A stretch of DNA of 44,270 nucleotides from IMG/VR virus record IMGVR_UViG_3300037473_000512, positions 1 through 44,270 of that record. One strand, given 5' to 3'. Shown piece after piece: positions 43,416 to 44,270 of this stretch (position 1 is the stretch's first letter; every line of letters begins with the position of its first letter). A program made the translations under genes and the position numbers. The stretch is from a virus (taxonomy: Duplodnaviria > Caudoviricetes). Under the pieces are notes generated by a model. It saw nothing but the letters and a program-made list of their open reading frames with translations, searched no databases and was not told where the DNA came from.

Positions 43416-43730
43416 TTACTTCGCTTCTCTTTCCTTCAGTTCTTTCCAGTAGGATCCGTATCCAGAAGCCTTCGCCAGATCGAGCATCCGTTGCATCTTC
43501 TGGCAGTTTTCCTCATTCATGGTCGTGCAGTCCCAGCCCATGCTGTGATCCCGGCCGACCTGAAAGACGTACTTGATTGCCGTCCAGACACGTTTCCAGA
43601 ATCCCTTCCAGTTGCAATGCTGGTAGAAAAGCGTCATGCCGAACTCGGGATCAAACTCGGCGACCACCAGGTGGCACTTCGAACTGCAATCGCACTCGAT
43701 GTACTCTCGTTCGATCTCGATCTTGTCCAT
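43416..43730 (-). CDS. Hypothetical protein (104 aa)
   Basis: IECDCSSKCH...FWKRVWTAIKYVF; ATG overlaps the CCA of tRNA-Gln. Confidence 0.7.
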   Translation of the reverse strand: MDKIEIEREYIECDCSSKCHLVVAEFDPEFGMTLFYQHCNWKGFWKRVWTAIKYVFQVGRDHSMGWDCTTMNEENCQKMQRMLDLAKASGYGSYWKELKEREAK

Positions 43731-43803
43731 GGATCCCCCAGCAGGATTTGAACCTACAAGTGACGGGTCAGAGCCGTCTGTTTTACCGTTAGACTATGGG
43801 GGA
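43730..43803 (-). tRNA. tRNA-Gln(CTG)
   Basis: TCCCCCA/TGGGGGA; GACGG-CTCTGAC-CCGTC; encoded CCA. Confidence 0.9.
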
Positions 43804-43813
43804 ATAAAAAAAC

Positions 43814-43939
43814 GGGCGGAGTGCTACCGCTACACCAACGTCAATCCGGAGACCTGGAGGGAGCTACCCCGCACCTGACCATGTCACCTAGCTGCAGACT
43901 AGGAGGTGACGTACGGGATTCGAACCCGTGCCTCCGCCC
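43814..43939 (-). ncRNA. Circularly permuted tRNA-like RNA (YrlA/Y-RNA-like)
   Basis: 5' GGGCGGA-GGC-[ACGGG TTCGAAT CCCGT]-ACGTCA-~60 nt-TGACGT-TG-[GTGT AGCGGT AGCAC]-TCCGCCC-GTTTTTT: T-arm precedes D-arm, ends pair as the anticodon stem, no anticodon loop. Confidence 0.7.
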
Positions 43940-43942
43940 TCG

Positions 43943-44015
43943 TGTTCTCACCCCGACTCGAACGGGGATTTGCGCTTTAGGAGAGCGCCGCTCTGTCCAG
44001 TTGAGCTATGAGAAC
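43943..44015 (-). tRNA. tRNA-Arg(CCT)
   Basis: GTTCTCA/TGAGAAC; GCGCT-CTCCTAA-AGCGC; CCCCG-TTCGAGT-CGGGG. Confidence 0.9.
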
Positions 44016-44270
44016 AAAATAATCTTCTGCTTTTCGATATTCTGTATTCGACTTTGATTTCTCAAATCTAATACTTAATGCCTTTTGGCTACCAAATTCT
44101 TCAATTGGAACATATAATGTAACATTTCTGTCTAAGACATGAGTAGCGATTACGTCAACATCTTTCTTGGTATACGTTATTCTTTTTCCACTTGTGATCT
44201 TACATCGCTCAACCATAACAAATCCTTGTTCACTAGAACTCCAAGTTTTTACTTGGATTCGAACAAGAGA
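43977..44270 (-). mobile_element. PD-(D/E)XK homing endonuclease, group I intron-associated family (5' part outside window), AT-rich
   Basis: Frame open to the window edge: LVRIQVKT...YTKKDVDVIAT...LYVPIEEF...LSIRF...AEDY; stop lies inside tRNA-Arg. Confidence 0.7.

Noticed and set aside
43814-43939. Permuted two-piece tmRNA
   Set aside because: No G3:U70 alanine identity, a full D-stem is present, and there is no room for a tag reading frame or pseudoknots.
40580-44015. Suppressor tRNAs / alternative genetic code
   Set aside because: No CTA, TTA or TCA anticodon found; genes read intact in the standard code and use all three stop codons.

Overview
This 44 kb window is best read as part of a large, GC-rich tailed-phage (myovirus-like) genome, with almost everything on the minus strand. 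It has four parts. (i) 1-16.6 kb: a virion tail/baseplate module with fibre/tailspike proteins, an SGNH esterase, a LamG/tail-I-like protein, T4 gp6- and gp25-like wedge proteins and a spike ending in HxH. These proteins are strongly enriched in [S/T]-[G/A/S]-S tripeptides. (ii) 16.6-18.6 kb: a phage sigma factor and small ORFs. (iii) 18.6-37.8 kb: a ~19 kb translationally coupled glycan-synthesis cluster with ADP-heptose enzymes (HldA, HldC, HldD), a UDP-sugar dehydrogenase and epimerase, 8 glycosyltransferase genes (10 domains, two GT9-like), 4 methyltransferases, a deacetylase and two AT-rich homing-endonuclease insertions. No membrane export machinery is visible. (iv) 37.8-44.3 kb: a Cas4/RecB-like nuclease, a GATC-dense AT-rich intergenic region, and an array of 17 tRNA genes interleaved with a circularly permuted tRNA-like (YrlA/Y-RNA-like) gene and four other closed-stem non-tRNA RNAs. 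Main hypotheses: a phage-encoded cytoplasmic heptose-based glycosylation system acting on Ser/Thr motifs of virion proteins, and a set of undescribed structured RNAs released from the tRNA transcript. All calls come from manual motif reading and hand folding; no searches were run.
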